Under the pieces are notes generated by a model, which saw nothing but the letters and a program-made list of their open reading frames with translations, was not told where the DNA came from and ran no database searches. The position numbers were made by a program, and so were the translations under genes. Positions 1 to 9,600 of a stretch of DNA of 31,291 nucleotides are shown here, piece by piece. Source of the DNA: a virus (lineage: Duplodnaviria > Caudoviricetes); the IMG/VR virus record IMGVR_UViG_3300028072_000014, positions 1 through 31,291 of that record. The stretch is one strand, 5' to 3'. Numbering within the stretch: position 1 is the first letter of the stretch; every line of letters starts with the position of its first letter.

Positions 1-1
1 T

Positions 2-670
2 GGTAGCATCCATACACCAGAAAAAGCAGAGGCTCTTCCGCCATGGACTGATGTTAAGTTTGCGTTTGGACATGTACTTGAAGCATTGGCAATTACACTC
101 GCCAAAGCGGCAGGACACGATGTAAGGGGAGAGCAGGATGAGGTGGTTCTTGACGGAGTTAAGGGTCACCGAGATTGCGTTATCGACGGGTGCGTTGTGG
201 ATGTTAAATCTGCTTCCAGCCCTTCTTTTCGTAAATTCAAAGATGGCTCTCTCAAAGATAATGATAGCTTTGGCTACTTGGATCAACTTGATGGGTATGT
301 GGTGGCTTCTTACGGAGACCCTATTGTTACCGTGAGAGATAAAGGTTACTTATTAGCTATTGACAAACAACTAGGACATATGGTATTATATGAACATGAC
401 ATACGAGAAGAACATATCAAAAGAAGAATTAAAGAATATAGAAGTATTGTTGAACAAAGTTCTCCACCAGCTTGCACGTGTGAGGAAGTCAAACACGGCA
501 GCTCTGGAAACCTTAAACTCGATACACGAGCATCTTATTCCCTTTACAAACACTGCTGCTTCCCCCATCTTCGTACCTTCCTCTACGCTGATGGTCCCGT
601 CCACCTCTCCAAAGTTATGAGGAGACCGGACGTTCCTGAGATTGATAGATTTGGTAATATTGTAAGTTGA
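2..670 (+). CDS. PD-(D/E)XK (RecB/Cas4-like) phage exonuclease, 5'-truncated by the window edge
   Basis: The frame of ORF 86..670 is open back to base 2 (GSIHTPEKAEALPPWTDVKFAFGHVLEALAIT...). Motifs FGHxxE, GHRD, VDVKSAS and GYxxQLxGY are typical of podophage RecB-like exonucleases. It lies directly upstream of an endonuclease I gene. Confidence 0.8.
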   Translation, partial: GSIHTPEKAEALPPWTDVKFAFGHVLEALAITLAKAAGHDVRGEQDEVVLDGVKGHRDCVIDGCVVDVKSASSPSFRKFKDGSLKDNDSFGYLDQLDGYVVASYGDPIVTVRDKGYLLAIDKQLGHMVLYEHDIREEHIKRRIKEYRSIVEQSSPPACTCEEVKHGSSGNLKLDTRASYSLYKHCCFPHLRTFLYADGPVHLSKVMRRPDVPEIDRFGNIVS

Positions 671-1023
671 TAAAGAGTAAGAAGAAACCCCGTAATATAT
701 TCGAGAAAGCAGAACATAGGCGTCTTAAGAGACTAAAAGTATCGTTCGAGTATGAGTCAGACAAGATTGCCTATGTTCTCGCTGGTCACTACACCCCAGA
801 CTTTACTATCAAGACACCTACGGGTAAGATATACGTTGAGTTAAAGGGATACTTTAGACCTGCTGATAAATCTAAACTAAGAGCAGTGAAGAGATGTAAT
901 CCTAAGTACGATATAAGAATAGTATTTTATAGAGAAGTTAGATCATATGTTAAGTGGTGTGAGAAGTATGGCTTTAAGTATGCCATTGAAAAGATACCCA
1001 AAGAATGGCTGGAGGGGTTATGA
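667..1023 (+). CDS. Endonuclease I-like Holliday junction resolvase (T7 gp3 family)
   Basis: FEYE...YTPDF...IYVELKGYF...D+K...DIRIVF...WCEKYGF...IPKEW match the T7 endonuclease I family. The TTG start overlaps the upstream stop. Confidence 0.88.
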   Translation: MIKSKKKPRNIFEKAEHRRLKRLKVSFEYESDKIAYVLAGHYTPDFTIKTPTGKIYVELKGYFRPADKSKLRAVKRCNPKYDIRIVFYREVRSYVKWCEKYGFKYAIEKIPKEWLEGL

Positions 1024-1139
1024 ACAGGTTTGAACTCTTCTTCTTATCCTTTTGTTTAGGTGCCATATCTGTGTCAGTGTATATTTATTTGTATTCTATC
1101 TGTTTTGGAAGAGCTTGTAGTTTCTGGTATCATCTATGA
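1020..1139 (+). CDS. Small membrane protein, 39 aa (MNRFELFFLSFCLGAISVSVYIYLYSICFGRACSFWYHL); not in the ORF track
   Basis: ATGA overlap with the resolvase stop, GGAGG at 1011-1015, and one long hydrophobic segment. Confidence 0.6.
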   Translation: MNRFELFFLSFCLGAISVSVYIYLYSICFGRACSFWYHL

Positions 1140-1205
1140 TTAGACATCACCCTAAAAACCGTAAAGAAAGATTATTAGTTGATAAGACCAAGAAGGAGAA
1201 GAGGA

Positions 1206-1478
1206 ATGCGCACCTTCGAGATAAAGATGTCAAAGGGACATCTAATAGACACACTAGCTCCTCTTCTCTACAACATGAATTACTTGAAGGATGAAGAAGA
1301 AGTAGAGACTCTTCAAATCATAAGAGATAAAGATACTTACTCTCTTTACATCAAGACAAAGGGAGAAGACTATCCTCCTCCTAATCCCATTCAAGAAGAG
1401 AATGGTAGAAGAGGGGATACAACTATCAAGAAAGATAGGAAACGTTGGAGAAAAGGAGCAATTGCTATTAAGTTATGA
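1206..1478 (+). CDS. Hypothetical protein
   Basis: ORF track 1179..1478. The ATG at 1206 follows AAGGAGAAGAGGA and is the likelier start. The stop overlaps the next ATG (ATGA). Confidence 0.6.
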   Translation: MRTFEIKMSKGHLIDTLAPLLYNMNYLKDEEEVETLQIIRDKDTYSLYIKTKGEDYPPPNPIQEENGRRGDTTIKKDRKRWRKGAIAIKL

Positions 1479-1708
1479 CACACAACTATATGAAAGAAAA
1501 CAAATGGGAGGACTCAAGAGCCCAGGTACTCAGAAGAGAAGCTCGTAACAAAGCTCGTCGTAGAGCACTCAAGAGAGGATTAGTTCACAAAGGAGACAAG
1601 AAAGAGCTAGATCACGTAGGCTACCATCGTAGGGGTAGTTTGTTTAACGTACCTACGAAGGTAGTGAGTAGACACAGAAACAGAATAAGACAGCCACCTA
1701 GACATTGA
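1475..1708 (+). CDS. Small basic HNH-like protein
   Basis: An Arg-rich helix (RNKARR) followed by GDKKELDH...GS...VVSRHRNR, the minimal phage HNH-like pattern. Confidence 0.6.
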   Translation: MTHNYMKENKWEDSRAQVLRREARNKARRRALKRGLVHKGDKKELDHVGYHRRGSLFNVPTKVVSRHRNRIRQPPRH

Positions 1709-1718
1709 GGAGAATGAA

Positions 1719-1919
1719 ATGAATAACCTTGAACAGCGTAATGAAGACCAGAAGAACAGTGAAGAGCTCTTTGCAAATAAGGAGAAGGAAGCTGATCTAC
1801 AGTTTAAACCCGATAGTTCAGCTCAAGTAATTGCTGATCTCACAAAAGAGAACACAAAAGAGAAGACACAGACTATTGAAGAAACTGGTATTGAGAACGA
1901 GGAAACTAAGGTGACCTAA
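1719..1919 (+). CDS. Hypothetical acidic/charged protein, 66 aa
   Basis: GAGGAG Shine-Dalgarno upstream; TAATG coupling to the next ORF. Confidence 0.6.
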   Translation: MNNLEQRNEDQKNSEELFANKEKEADLQFKPDSSAQVIADLTKENTKEKTQTIEETGIENEETKVT

Positions 1920-2500
1920 TGAATTATTATCCTTTCTACTTCTATACGTATCCTTACGCGTATCCTTACGTAACGACAACAGATACTTGTGTATCGTATT
2001 CTTTAGACAATTTAGGAGTCAATCCTATTGTCCCTCAAGTAGTAGAGAAGAAGGAGAAGAAAATGTTCAACAGGACGTGTTATGACGGCATCAACGATTG
2101 TGATCAGACTGTGAGCTTGAATACGGAGAGCGTTCAGCGAGACTATATTCTCGGTCGACTCGCTATCGAGAATGATGCTCACTACAATAACTTGGAGAAG
2201 CAGTTCGGTCTCGTGAATGACCAGTATCCGAAAACTGCACAGTCTTTCGTGGATCGCATCCTCACGGGTAAGTATATCCTCAAGGATAATAAGGATGAGC
2301 CGGTCTTCGATCCTTCGAACCGCATCATCTGGCGTGATCCTTCCATCAAGGAAGACCGTCCAGGCTTCGATGCTGCAGTGAAGGTTCTCGACACTGCTTA
2401 CAAGTCTGCCAAGGATACCGTTGTCCTCGGTACTCTTGATGAGGGTAAGGCTACTCTCTCTGCTTTCCAGCAGTGGACCTATAAGCCGACCATCAACTAA
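1919..2500 (+). CDS. Hypothetical protein, last gene of the rightward arm; alternative start at 2063
   Basis: 193-aa ORF. An in-frame ATG at 2063 follows AAGGAG, and codons look richer in C-ending triplets from there on. Confidence 0.7.
   Translation: MNYYPFYFYTYPYAYPYVTTTDTCVSYSLDNLGVNPIVPQVVEKKEKKMFNRTCYDGINDCDQTVSLNTESVQRDYILGRLAIENDAHYNNLEKQFGLVNDQYPKTAQSFVDRILTGKYILKDNKDEPVFDPSNRIIWRDPSIKEDRPGFDAAVKVLDTAYKSAKDTVVLGTLDEGKATLSAFQQWTYKPTIN
1947..1970. repeat. Perfect 12-bp tandem duplication (CGTATCCTTACG x2)
   Basis: Read directly at 1947-1958 and 1959-1970; it encodes the YPY-A-YPY stretch. Confidence 0.85.
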
Positions 2501-2521
2501 ATAACAAACCCTCTTAAAACT

Positions 2522-2555
2522 AAATACCCCCTGGTGAAAGCCAGGGGGTATTTTT
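2522..2555. terminator. Bidirectional rho-independent terminator between the convergent arms
   Basis: AAATACCCCCTGG-T-GAAA-G-CCAGGGGGTATTT: a 13-bp perfect stem plus a U-G pair closing a GAAA tetraloop. There is a T-tract on + and an A-rich flank (AAAACTAAA) on the other side. Confidence 0.93.
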
Positions 2556-2579
2556 GTGTCTAGTTGAATGGTTAGGCTA

Positions 2580-4526
2580 CTATCGTTCTCTTTTGAGTCT
2601 AGTTAAAAGCTCTTCATCTCGTTGCGCAGGAGTTCTAAAACGTAAGTTTTCAACTCTAAGCTTCTCTGCTTTTTCTCTTTCTTTAGTTTCTGCTTGTATA
2701 GTCTTAAGCCTATCCCCCATTTCCTGCTCAAACCTATCCACAATATTCTGAGGATCTTGTACAACTCTTCTTATTTGAGATTCAGACATATTGTGCTTAC
2801 TAGCTAATTCTTTAACTACATTACCTTTATTTTCAGCTTGATCATATCTATTGATAATATTCTGCATATCTGAAGAAGACAGAGAAGATCTTCTTCCACT
2901 TCCTTCGGATGCGCTTCCTCTTACTCTAGACTCAAAAGGAGATCTGTAATCACTCGGCTTACCTGAGATTACTTGGTGTTCTCTCCCTAAATCTTCAGTA
3001 GAAGATCCCAAAGAACTCTTACGTTCTTTAGAAGACATACCAAGTCTAGTTTGTGTGTTTCTCGCTTCTACTTCTGAAGCCTGAGCTTTATAAAATATGT
3101 ATTCTGCGTAATCTCTTAAACTCTCAGGATTTTGACTAACAAATTTATTTCCCTTCAGTTTTTCTGTGGCTTCTTTAATAAACTGTTCTTTAAACTCAGG
3201 AAGAAAATCAGAGGGAGCGCTAACAGCAAATCCTTCTTTCCTCTGAACCCAGTGCTGAATCTCATGCATCAGAGTGCTCTTCATTTCTTGAGGGGAAAGA
3301 GATTTATTTAAAGCTATGAAATTAAACTCAGGATTATAGAGTCCTCTGGCTCTTTGACCACCACTACTTCTTAGATCTTCTGATATTCTAACCATCATAC
3401 TACGAGCTTCTGGGTAAGCTTTAAACAACTCTTCATGCTCTAATAGATCGCCTAATTGACCTATTTTAAAACCTTTACCCGTCGATATTAAATTATCGAG
3501 ATTTAATTTAGCTTTAGCATCGGAGAATTCTTTTCTCCACATACCTTCTGCACCTCTTTCGAGACCAGTCATCTCTTTAATGGTAGAAGGAGAGAATCCT
3601 TTGTTCTCCATTATTTTAGCTGAGAGTAAAGCTTCAGGAGAGAATCTACCCCCGAACATACCGAGAGCAGCGTTAGCCTCTGGAGAAGACAGAGCCTTAG
3701 CAAGACCAGAGCGATCTTCACCATACATAGCTTCTGAAATACCTCCATGAAGGAATCTCTCAAAGGTATTCATAATAGGTTTAGCTGTATTAGGTTGCTC
3801 TTCCTGATGGGTCATTGACATGATGTCTTCACGAGACATCTTTTGGAAAGATCCTGGAGGTTCTCCTTTAGCCATGAAGGTAGGTTCATGTATTTCACCG
3901 TCTCCTTCAATCATAGAATTGAGGAGTCTATCTGTCCTGTGGTGAGCTATTATAGCTAGATTGTCATTGGGATGTTGTTGAAATGCTTCACGTAGACCTT
4001 CGAAGGTTCTATCCTTGAAGGTATTAAAGCTCTCTCCTCCTGGGACTACTCTATCGGGATTCTGTGAATATTCCCGGAGGGCAGGCGCAGAATCAGCTGC
4101 AGGTTTACCCGTGTACTCTCCTAGGTCCCATGGTCTAAGCTTATGGGAGAAGGAGGGCCGTACACCTACGGAGTCTCCTATAATCTGTGCAGTCTCTTTA
4201 GCTCTATCTAAGTCAGAGGAGACAATAGCAGTGATGCCATGAGATTTAAGCTCATCTGCAGTATCCTTTACCTCTTGTCTTCCCTTATCATTTAAGGGTA
4301 CATTAGACCATCCACGGATAGTATCAGCAGAGTTCTTACCTCCCTCTGCATTCATATCGGTAGAACCATGACGTACTAGGTAGAACTGAGCATGCTTAGG
4401 TTCCTCTTGAGGCATCTGCTGTACCTCTTGAGGCTCATTTTTGGTGACAGGAGACGCTGCTACAGACTGTGAGAGCATGTCAAAATGATCCTCATAATAG
4501 TCACCGTTGGGGAAGCTAATGGGCAT
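2580..4526 (-). CDS. Polyvalent protein: histidine phosphatase (phosphoglycerate mutase-like) + LPD23-like/zincin metallopeptidase + C-terminal HTH
   Basis: Phosphatase (aa ~47-230): FYLVRHG, GWSNVPLNDKG, SSDLDRAKETA, PGGESF, IIAHH. LPD23-like/peptidase region (aa ~290-520): TGLERGAEGMWRKEFSD, LLEHEELFKAYP, TLMHEIQHWVQRKEGF, EVEARNTQTR. HTH-like (aa ~570-590): VKELASKHNMSESQIRRVV. GAGGAG upstream. Confidence 0.85.
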   Translation of the reverse strand: MPISFPNGDYYEDHFDMLSQSVAASPVTKNEPQEVQQMPQEEPKHAQFYLVRHGSTDMNAEGGKNSADTIRGWSNVPLNDKGRQEVKDTADELKSHGITAIVSSDLDRAKETAQIIGDSVGVRPSFSHKLRPWDLGEYTGKPAADSAPALREYSQNPDRVVPGGESFNTFKDRTFEGLREAFQQHPNDNLAIIAHHRTDRLLNSMIEGDGEIHEPTFMAKGEPPGSFQKMSREDIMSMTHQEEQPNTAKPIMNTFERFLHGGISEAMYGEDRSGLAKALSSPEANAALGMFGGRFSPEALLSAKIMENKGFSPSTIKEMTGLERGAEGMWRKEFSDAKAKLNLDNLISTGKGFKIGQLGDLLEHEELFKAYPEARSMMVRISEDLRSSGGQRARGLYNPEFNFIALNKSLSPQEMKSTLMHEIQHWVQRKEGFAVSAPSDFLPEFKEQFIKEATEKLKGNKFVSQNPESLRDYAEYIFYKAQASEVEARNTQTRLGMSSKERKSSLGSSTEDLGREHQVISGKPSDYRSPFESRVRGSASEGSGRRSSLSSSDMQNIINRYDQAENKGNVVKELASKHNMSESQIRRVVQDPQNIVDRFEQEMGDRLKTIQAETKEREKAEKLRVENLRFRTPAQRDEELLTRLKRER

Positions 4527-4566
4527 AGTCGCTACGCTCCTCTACCGCTCACAAGAGTTCGCTTCA

Positions 4567-6636
4567 TTAGGGTTTACTCTGATCCTTCTTACGGGGCTTT
4601 AAGAGCTTATCTTGAGCTGCTTTCTGCTGTTCTATTGCATTCTTCTCGGCTTCTCTATGCTTATTAACAGCATCGTAGAATTCTTGAGGGAGACCCTTCA
4701 TAGTATCAGGATTAATAGCGTTCAGTTGTTGCATAATCTGTAGAGCATAGGCATTGGGATCTTGTCCCTCTGCTTTAGCTATCTCTCCAGTATTGTGGAG
4801 AGCAAAGTTAAGTCTATTGATAGTTCTCATCAAGAGTGTACCTTCTTGTGGTCTACGTTGTAGATCAGGAGAAGGAACAAACTGTCCATTAGTGCTATCC
4901 CATCCTACCATACCTTTAGTAGAAGTAAGACCAGTGAGCTGTCTCAGTTCATTATTAAAGACTTGATTAACTGAACGTAAAGCCCATTCTTTATAGCCAG
5001 ACCAGAGAGAGGGATCAGAAGCACTCTGTTTCCGTATCTCTTTAGTTACTTCAGGAGAAGTCATGGCAGAGAAGATAGACTGTTGGGATTGTCCTTTCTC
5101 AAACTGTTCTATGAGGTCTAGATTAGCAAACCCATAAGCAGACTTAATAAAGTTTATCTTAGCTTGGTCTGGAGTAGAAGGATCAGCTATCTTCATTACC
5201 CAATTAATGAGTTCTTGAGAAGTCTTAGCTTTGTTACCATCAGAGAGTTTAGTTTCCTTCTGAACATCTTTAACAGCTTGAGTTAAGGTTGCTCCTGGCT
5301 GTCCTGTAGCAAATTCAGATATCTTACCTTGTATCCAGGTGTTCATTCCTTGAGGACCAAAGTTCTTATCCAAGAAGTAATTAGTCATCTGCTTCTGAAG
5401 TTCAGGAGACATGTCCTTCATAGAAGCTTGAAGTCTGAAGAAGCCTCCCATAGTCTGATCTTTTAATAGACCTAGCTGATCTGCAGAAGTAATAGCTTTC
5501 TGTGCGTTAAATGCAGCATGAACAAGACCGTAGTCTTTGTTAGTCATGAGATTAGATAGACCATCAAAGTCTTGAAGCTGTGCTTCTATTCTCTTCTTAG
5601 TCTCTTCTGGTCCTATGATAGAAGCTATAGATCTTCCTCCCATACCTTGACGAGGATCATTGAAATCCTTACGGAGCTGTCTCTCTGCTTGTAACTTAGA
5701 GGTAGCTATCTGAGTGGAGAAAGCTTGAGCTTGATCGGGAGATATATCTTGTCCTGAACGTACTCCTTGAACAACACTGTTGAATTGAGTTTCTGTAGGA
5801 GACAAAGCAGAGAAGTAGGATGCGGCTCCTTTGTTAGCTAACATATCAGCCATATCTTTAGCCTGAATAGTTTCTTCTTCTCGTCCTAGTTTACGGACTT
5901 CTGCTCCTTGTTGTATTGTTTTATATTGATAATCTTTAGCATAATAATCATTCAGCTTATGAAGTGCTTGAGAAGCATCCATCTTACCTGACCTAAACAT
6001 ATCGAAGTCATTAGCTGCATTAGGGACACCTTTATCAATAGCTTGACGAAACATTGTTGCAATATGTTCTTGATCCTTCTGTGTATTAGACATAGCAGCA
6101 TTGATGTCTCCCAAGAGAGAAGTCATATAAGCATTAGCTACGTTCTTACCTGTTACTCTCTCCATCTCCTGGTCTATGTATTGACGATATCCTGGGTAGT
6201 GGGATCGTACATCTTTGAGGGTAGAGTAGAGCTTACCCCAGTAGTCTGTTTCAGAGAGCTTGCCATTGGCACGAGCATTAGTTAAACTTTCTGCTCTGCC
6301 TATTGCTGTGTCTATTCCTTTGGGTTGAGAATCATCTTGAGCATATTGCATCAAGTCATTCTGAGTTAATGGCCTATTCTCTTTAATGGCAGTAGATTGA
6401 GCTTGCATGCTCTTCATCTGCTCATCTACAATAGGCTGAGCTTGTTTCTCTACTTCATTCTCAGCGTACTTCTGTACGAGCTTATCACCTATCTTGAGAC
6501 CTGATTCTAGAGTATCTCCCACAGCATTAAAGAGAACACCTTTAGATTTATCTCCCTCTGGTTGCTGTATAGCTTTAGACCATCCCAACCAATTGGGATC
6601 ATTCATATCGGGAACTGAAGGATTGAATGCAGCCAT
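4567..6636 (-). CDS. Putative internal virion (ejection) protein, 689 aa
   Basis: Helical Gln/Ala/Lys-rich composition; positioned after the largest internal virion gene with TAATG coupling. Confidence 0.6.
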   Translation of the reverse strand: MAAFNPSVPDMNDPNWLGWSKAIQQPEGDKSKGVLFNAVGDTLESGLKIGDKLVQKYAENEVEKQAQPIVDEQMKSMQAQSTAIKENRPLTQNDLMQYAQDDSQPKGIDTAIGRAESLTNARANGKLSETDYWGKLYSTLKDVRSHYPGYRQYIDQEMERVTGKNVANAYMTSLLGDINAAMSNTQKDQEHIATMFRQAIDKGVPNAANDFDMFRSGKMDASQALHKLNDYYAKDYQYKTIQQGAEVRKLGREEETIQAKDMADMLANKGAASYFSALSPTETQFNSVVQGVRSGQDISPDQAQAFSTQIATSKLQAERQLRKDFNDPRQGMGGRSIASIIGPEETKKRIEAQLQDFDGLSNLMTNKDYGLVHAAFNAQKAITSADQLGLLKDQTMGGFFRLQASMKDMSPELQKQMTNYFLDKNFGPQGMNTWIQGKISEFATGQPGATLTQAVKDVQKETKLSDGNKAKTSQELINWVMKIADPSTPDQAKINFIKSAYGFANLDLIEQFEKGQSQQSIFSAMTSPEVTKEIRKQSASDPSLWSGYKEWALRSVNQVFNNELRQLTGLTSTKGMVGWDSTNGQFVPSPDLQRRPQEGTLLMRTINRLNFALHNTGEIAKAEGQDPNAYALQIMQQLNAINPDTMKGLPQEFYDAVNKHREAEKNAIEQQKAAQDKLLKPRKKDQSKP

Positions 6637-9600
6637 TACTGTTCTCCTCTACGGTACATATTAGTGTAAGTTCTCATAAACAATTCTTTCTTGGATGGAG
6701 GTACATTCTTGAGGAGTAGATCAAAGTTAAGACGACGGACGAGAGACTCATTAGCTTTGAGTGCTGTAGAGTAAGCTTCAGCTATCTTCTCATTGGGGAA
6801 GTCTCCCAGTATTAAATAAGCAGAAGCATTATCAAAGAACTTCTTTGCTTCGTTAGGACTATTGTTGTCCATCGATATGAGTCCTCTACGGAACTCTTTA
6901 ACAAACATCTGCTCTACATGCTTCTCATTTTCTTTCCTATCGTGAAGAGACCAGGTAACAGTTCCTATGTCCTGTGCTTGTTGTGTCTGTAATCCTGTTA
7001 GTCCTTGGAAGATAGCATTGAGAGGAGAAGTATCAGTTATGTAAGTTTCATTACGAGACATCCAACGTTGAGTGTTGATAGCTGCTGCTACTTGCATACC
7101 TTTACTTACAGAGGCTATCTGCCTCAGGGGCTCGACAAAATCATCGGGGGTTAGAGAGTGACCTGATATAGAATCTCCTCTCAGTAACGAAAGCAGACCT
7201 GATCTCAAGCCTTCTGAATGAGACCAAGTACCTTCCATCATAGATCCAGAAGCTCCTGCTACCATCTGCCACCATGACTTGTCTCCTTCGAGAATATCAC
7301 GGAAGACATCTAATCCAGGTGCTCCTAATCTCTCTCCTACGTTATACCAGTTACCAGTAGCCATAGCTCCCATAGCAGAAGGTAATCCTTGCATAAAGGT
7401 AGAAGTAATCCAGTTGTCTCCCACTTGATATCCATAGTTCTCAAGAGCATATTTCTTAAACATCTCTCCAAAAGGAATACCGGCTACACCTGCTGCAGTG
7501 GGTACTCCAAATAAGACAGCATAAGTGCCGAAGAGTCTTGCTCTCTCAACTCCTGTTAATCTATGTCCTAAAAACTGTTCTGCAAGTCTCATCTGATAAG
7601 ACAAGAACTGGGAGGGGAAGGAGCCTACTCCCATTTGAAGAGTAGACTTAGAGGCTTTAGTCATGTTGCCCGATAGGAGATCAGCTCGTTCTAAGATAGA
7701 TAGTCTATCTTGATTAGACAGAGCACCTAAGAGTTTATTATCTCTCTTGAACTCAGAGTAAGCTGTATGCCAGGCTCCATAGCGAGCATTGCGCTCACCT
7801 TCTTTGAAGAAAACCTGACCCATGTCTAGGAACTGCTGGAAACCGTTAGATATTACTTTGGGAGCGTAGAAGGAGTCTCTTAAGATATGTTCTCCCCCTA
7901 CGTTGTGAAATCCAGTGGAGAGCATTGAGTTGTGAGACTCTAACCATTCTCCTGGTTTAAATCCGAAGTTAGAAGCAATCTTATCTAAGTTACGGAGAAT
8001 ATTGGGATGCGAGTTGATACGTGCATACTGAGAGAGCGTGGCACCAATCATGCCTTTACCAGCCATCTCTCCTCCTGATATTCCTAGGATAGTTGCATAA
8101 GTCATGTTCTGTACTAAGAACTGAGGAATAGCAAAGAGACCTATAGTAGCGTGGTAAGTTACAGCATGTAAGAAATCTATGGGTTTGGTAACACGAGATA
8201 ACATATGAGAAGGAACTACAGTATGCGGTTTAGCAAGACCTGTTCTTCTAGCTATCTGAGTAAGAGGATCACCTTCAGGCCCAAACTTCCTGTAGATGGT
8301 ATCAGCTAAATTCTGTGCAGTTAGATCTAACGTAGCCTGTAACCTAGAGGGAACACCCCAGAGTTGTTTAATCTTAAAGCGGGAGTCTTCTAGTCTGTTT
8401 AAGACATCTTTAGGAGTGTTGGGGAGAAACTCAGCATTCTGGAAAGCCCAGAAAGGAGCATTTCTCCAGTCTTCTTTGAGATAGTTCTCTGCACTCTTGA
8501 GCCAGTGTTCTACTGAATAAAGCTTATAATCATCCATCCATAAGCTATTTACAGCTTTGGAGAGAGCTCTATTCATCGTGGGAATAGGATCAACAAACTT
8601 AGCGGGTTCATACTTGTAGATGGGATTGTTAGCTGAACCTACGTCCTTCATGGTATATACTTCGTAAGCATCTCTACGCCCAGTATATTCAATCTGAAAC
8701 TGACGGGCCATGTTACCGTGCTTAGTACCATCTTCAAAGGTAGAGAGCGTTTTACCCTTCTTGTCTGTCCTGACGTATCTATTAGCTAATTCGTTATTAC
8801 GAGAAGCAATAGTCTCCCCATCAGCTACTACTTGGATGGGTTCATTCAGATTGAGACGAGGACGGAGCTTCTTTCCTTCTGGAGAGATCTGAGGTTCGAA
8901 CCAAGACTTAATCTCTTTCCAGGTTATGTCTGCTAGTTTAGTATCTGCAATATTCTTTGCAGCAGCTAAGTCTTTGTTCTTGATGGCTAGTCTTATATTG
9001 TCTAAATGCTCTGCTATATCCTTACCCATAGCTCTATTCATGAGAGCCATTACAGTGGTGTCTCCTTCATACCTATTCATCTTGGTATAAGGATTGAAAG
9101 TCATATTAGCTTGCTTAATCCAGTGGCTATAGCCTCTAGTACCTTCTCCATAGACAAAGTGACCACCTTCTCTACGGGGAATTAGATTGCCCAGAGGCAG
9201 ACCCTCCGTCTTTGCGAAGTCAGTTACGATGTATCTGATGTTATGGGGATTGTCTAAGAACTCAGATAAAGGACGAGCATCTGTATCGTAGGGTTCAATT
9301 ACAAACTTCTTACCTTCTGATACTTCTTTAGCTAGTTTCTCAATAGTGGAAGTAGATAAACCCTTAGAACCTATCGTTCCTACTACGGTGGTATTTTTAC
9401 TGTCTCCTAAGACAGCGATAGTATCTTGAGTACCTGTGGGAAAGATGTTACGACGTACACCAGCAAAAGCAGGGGAGAATTCATCTCCGAGCTTCACTGA
9501 GTGCATTTGAGCACCCATACGGTGCATATACTTAAAGAGGTCTAACTCTCTTGTAATCCTATCTAATTCTACTAAACGCTTATAAGCGAAGTAAGCTCGT

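Noticed and set aside
1136-1294. 52-aa basic ORF (MIRHHPKNRKERLL...) coupled by ATGA to the 39-aa peptide
   Set aside because: It overlaps the better-supported 1206..1478 gene by about 90 bp and has no SD or motif; it cannot be supported without homologs.
3837-4391. Phosphoglycerate mutase as a glycolytic auxiliary metabolic gene
   Set aside because: It lacks the dPGM-specific LNERHYG-type motif and is fused to a peptidase in a virion operon; only superfamily membership is supported.
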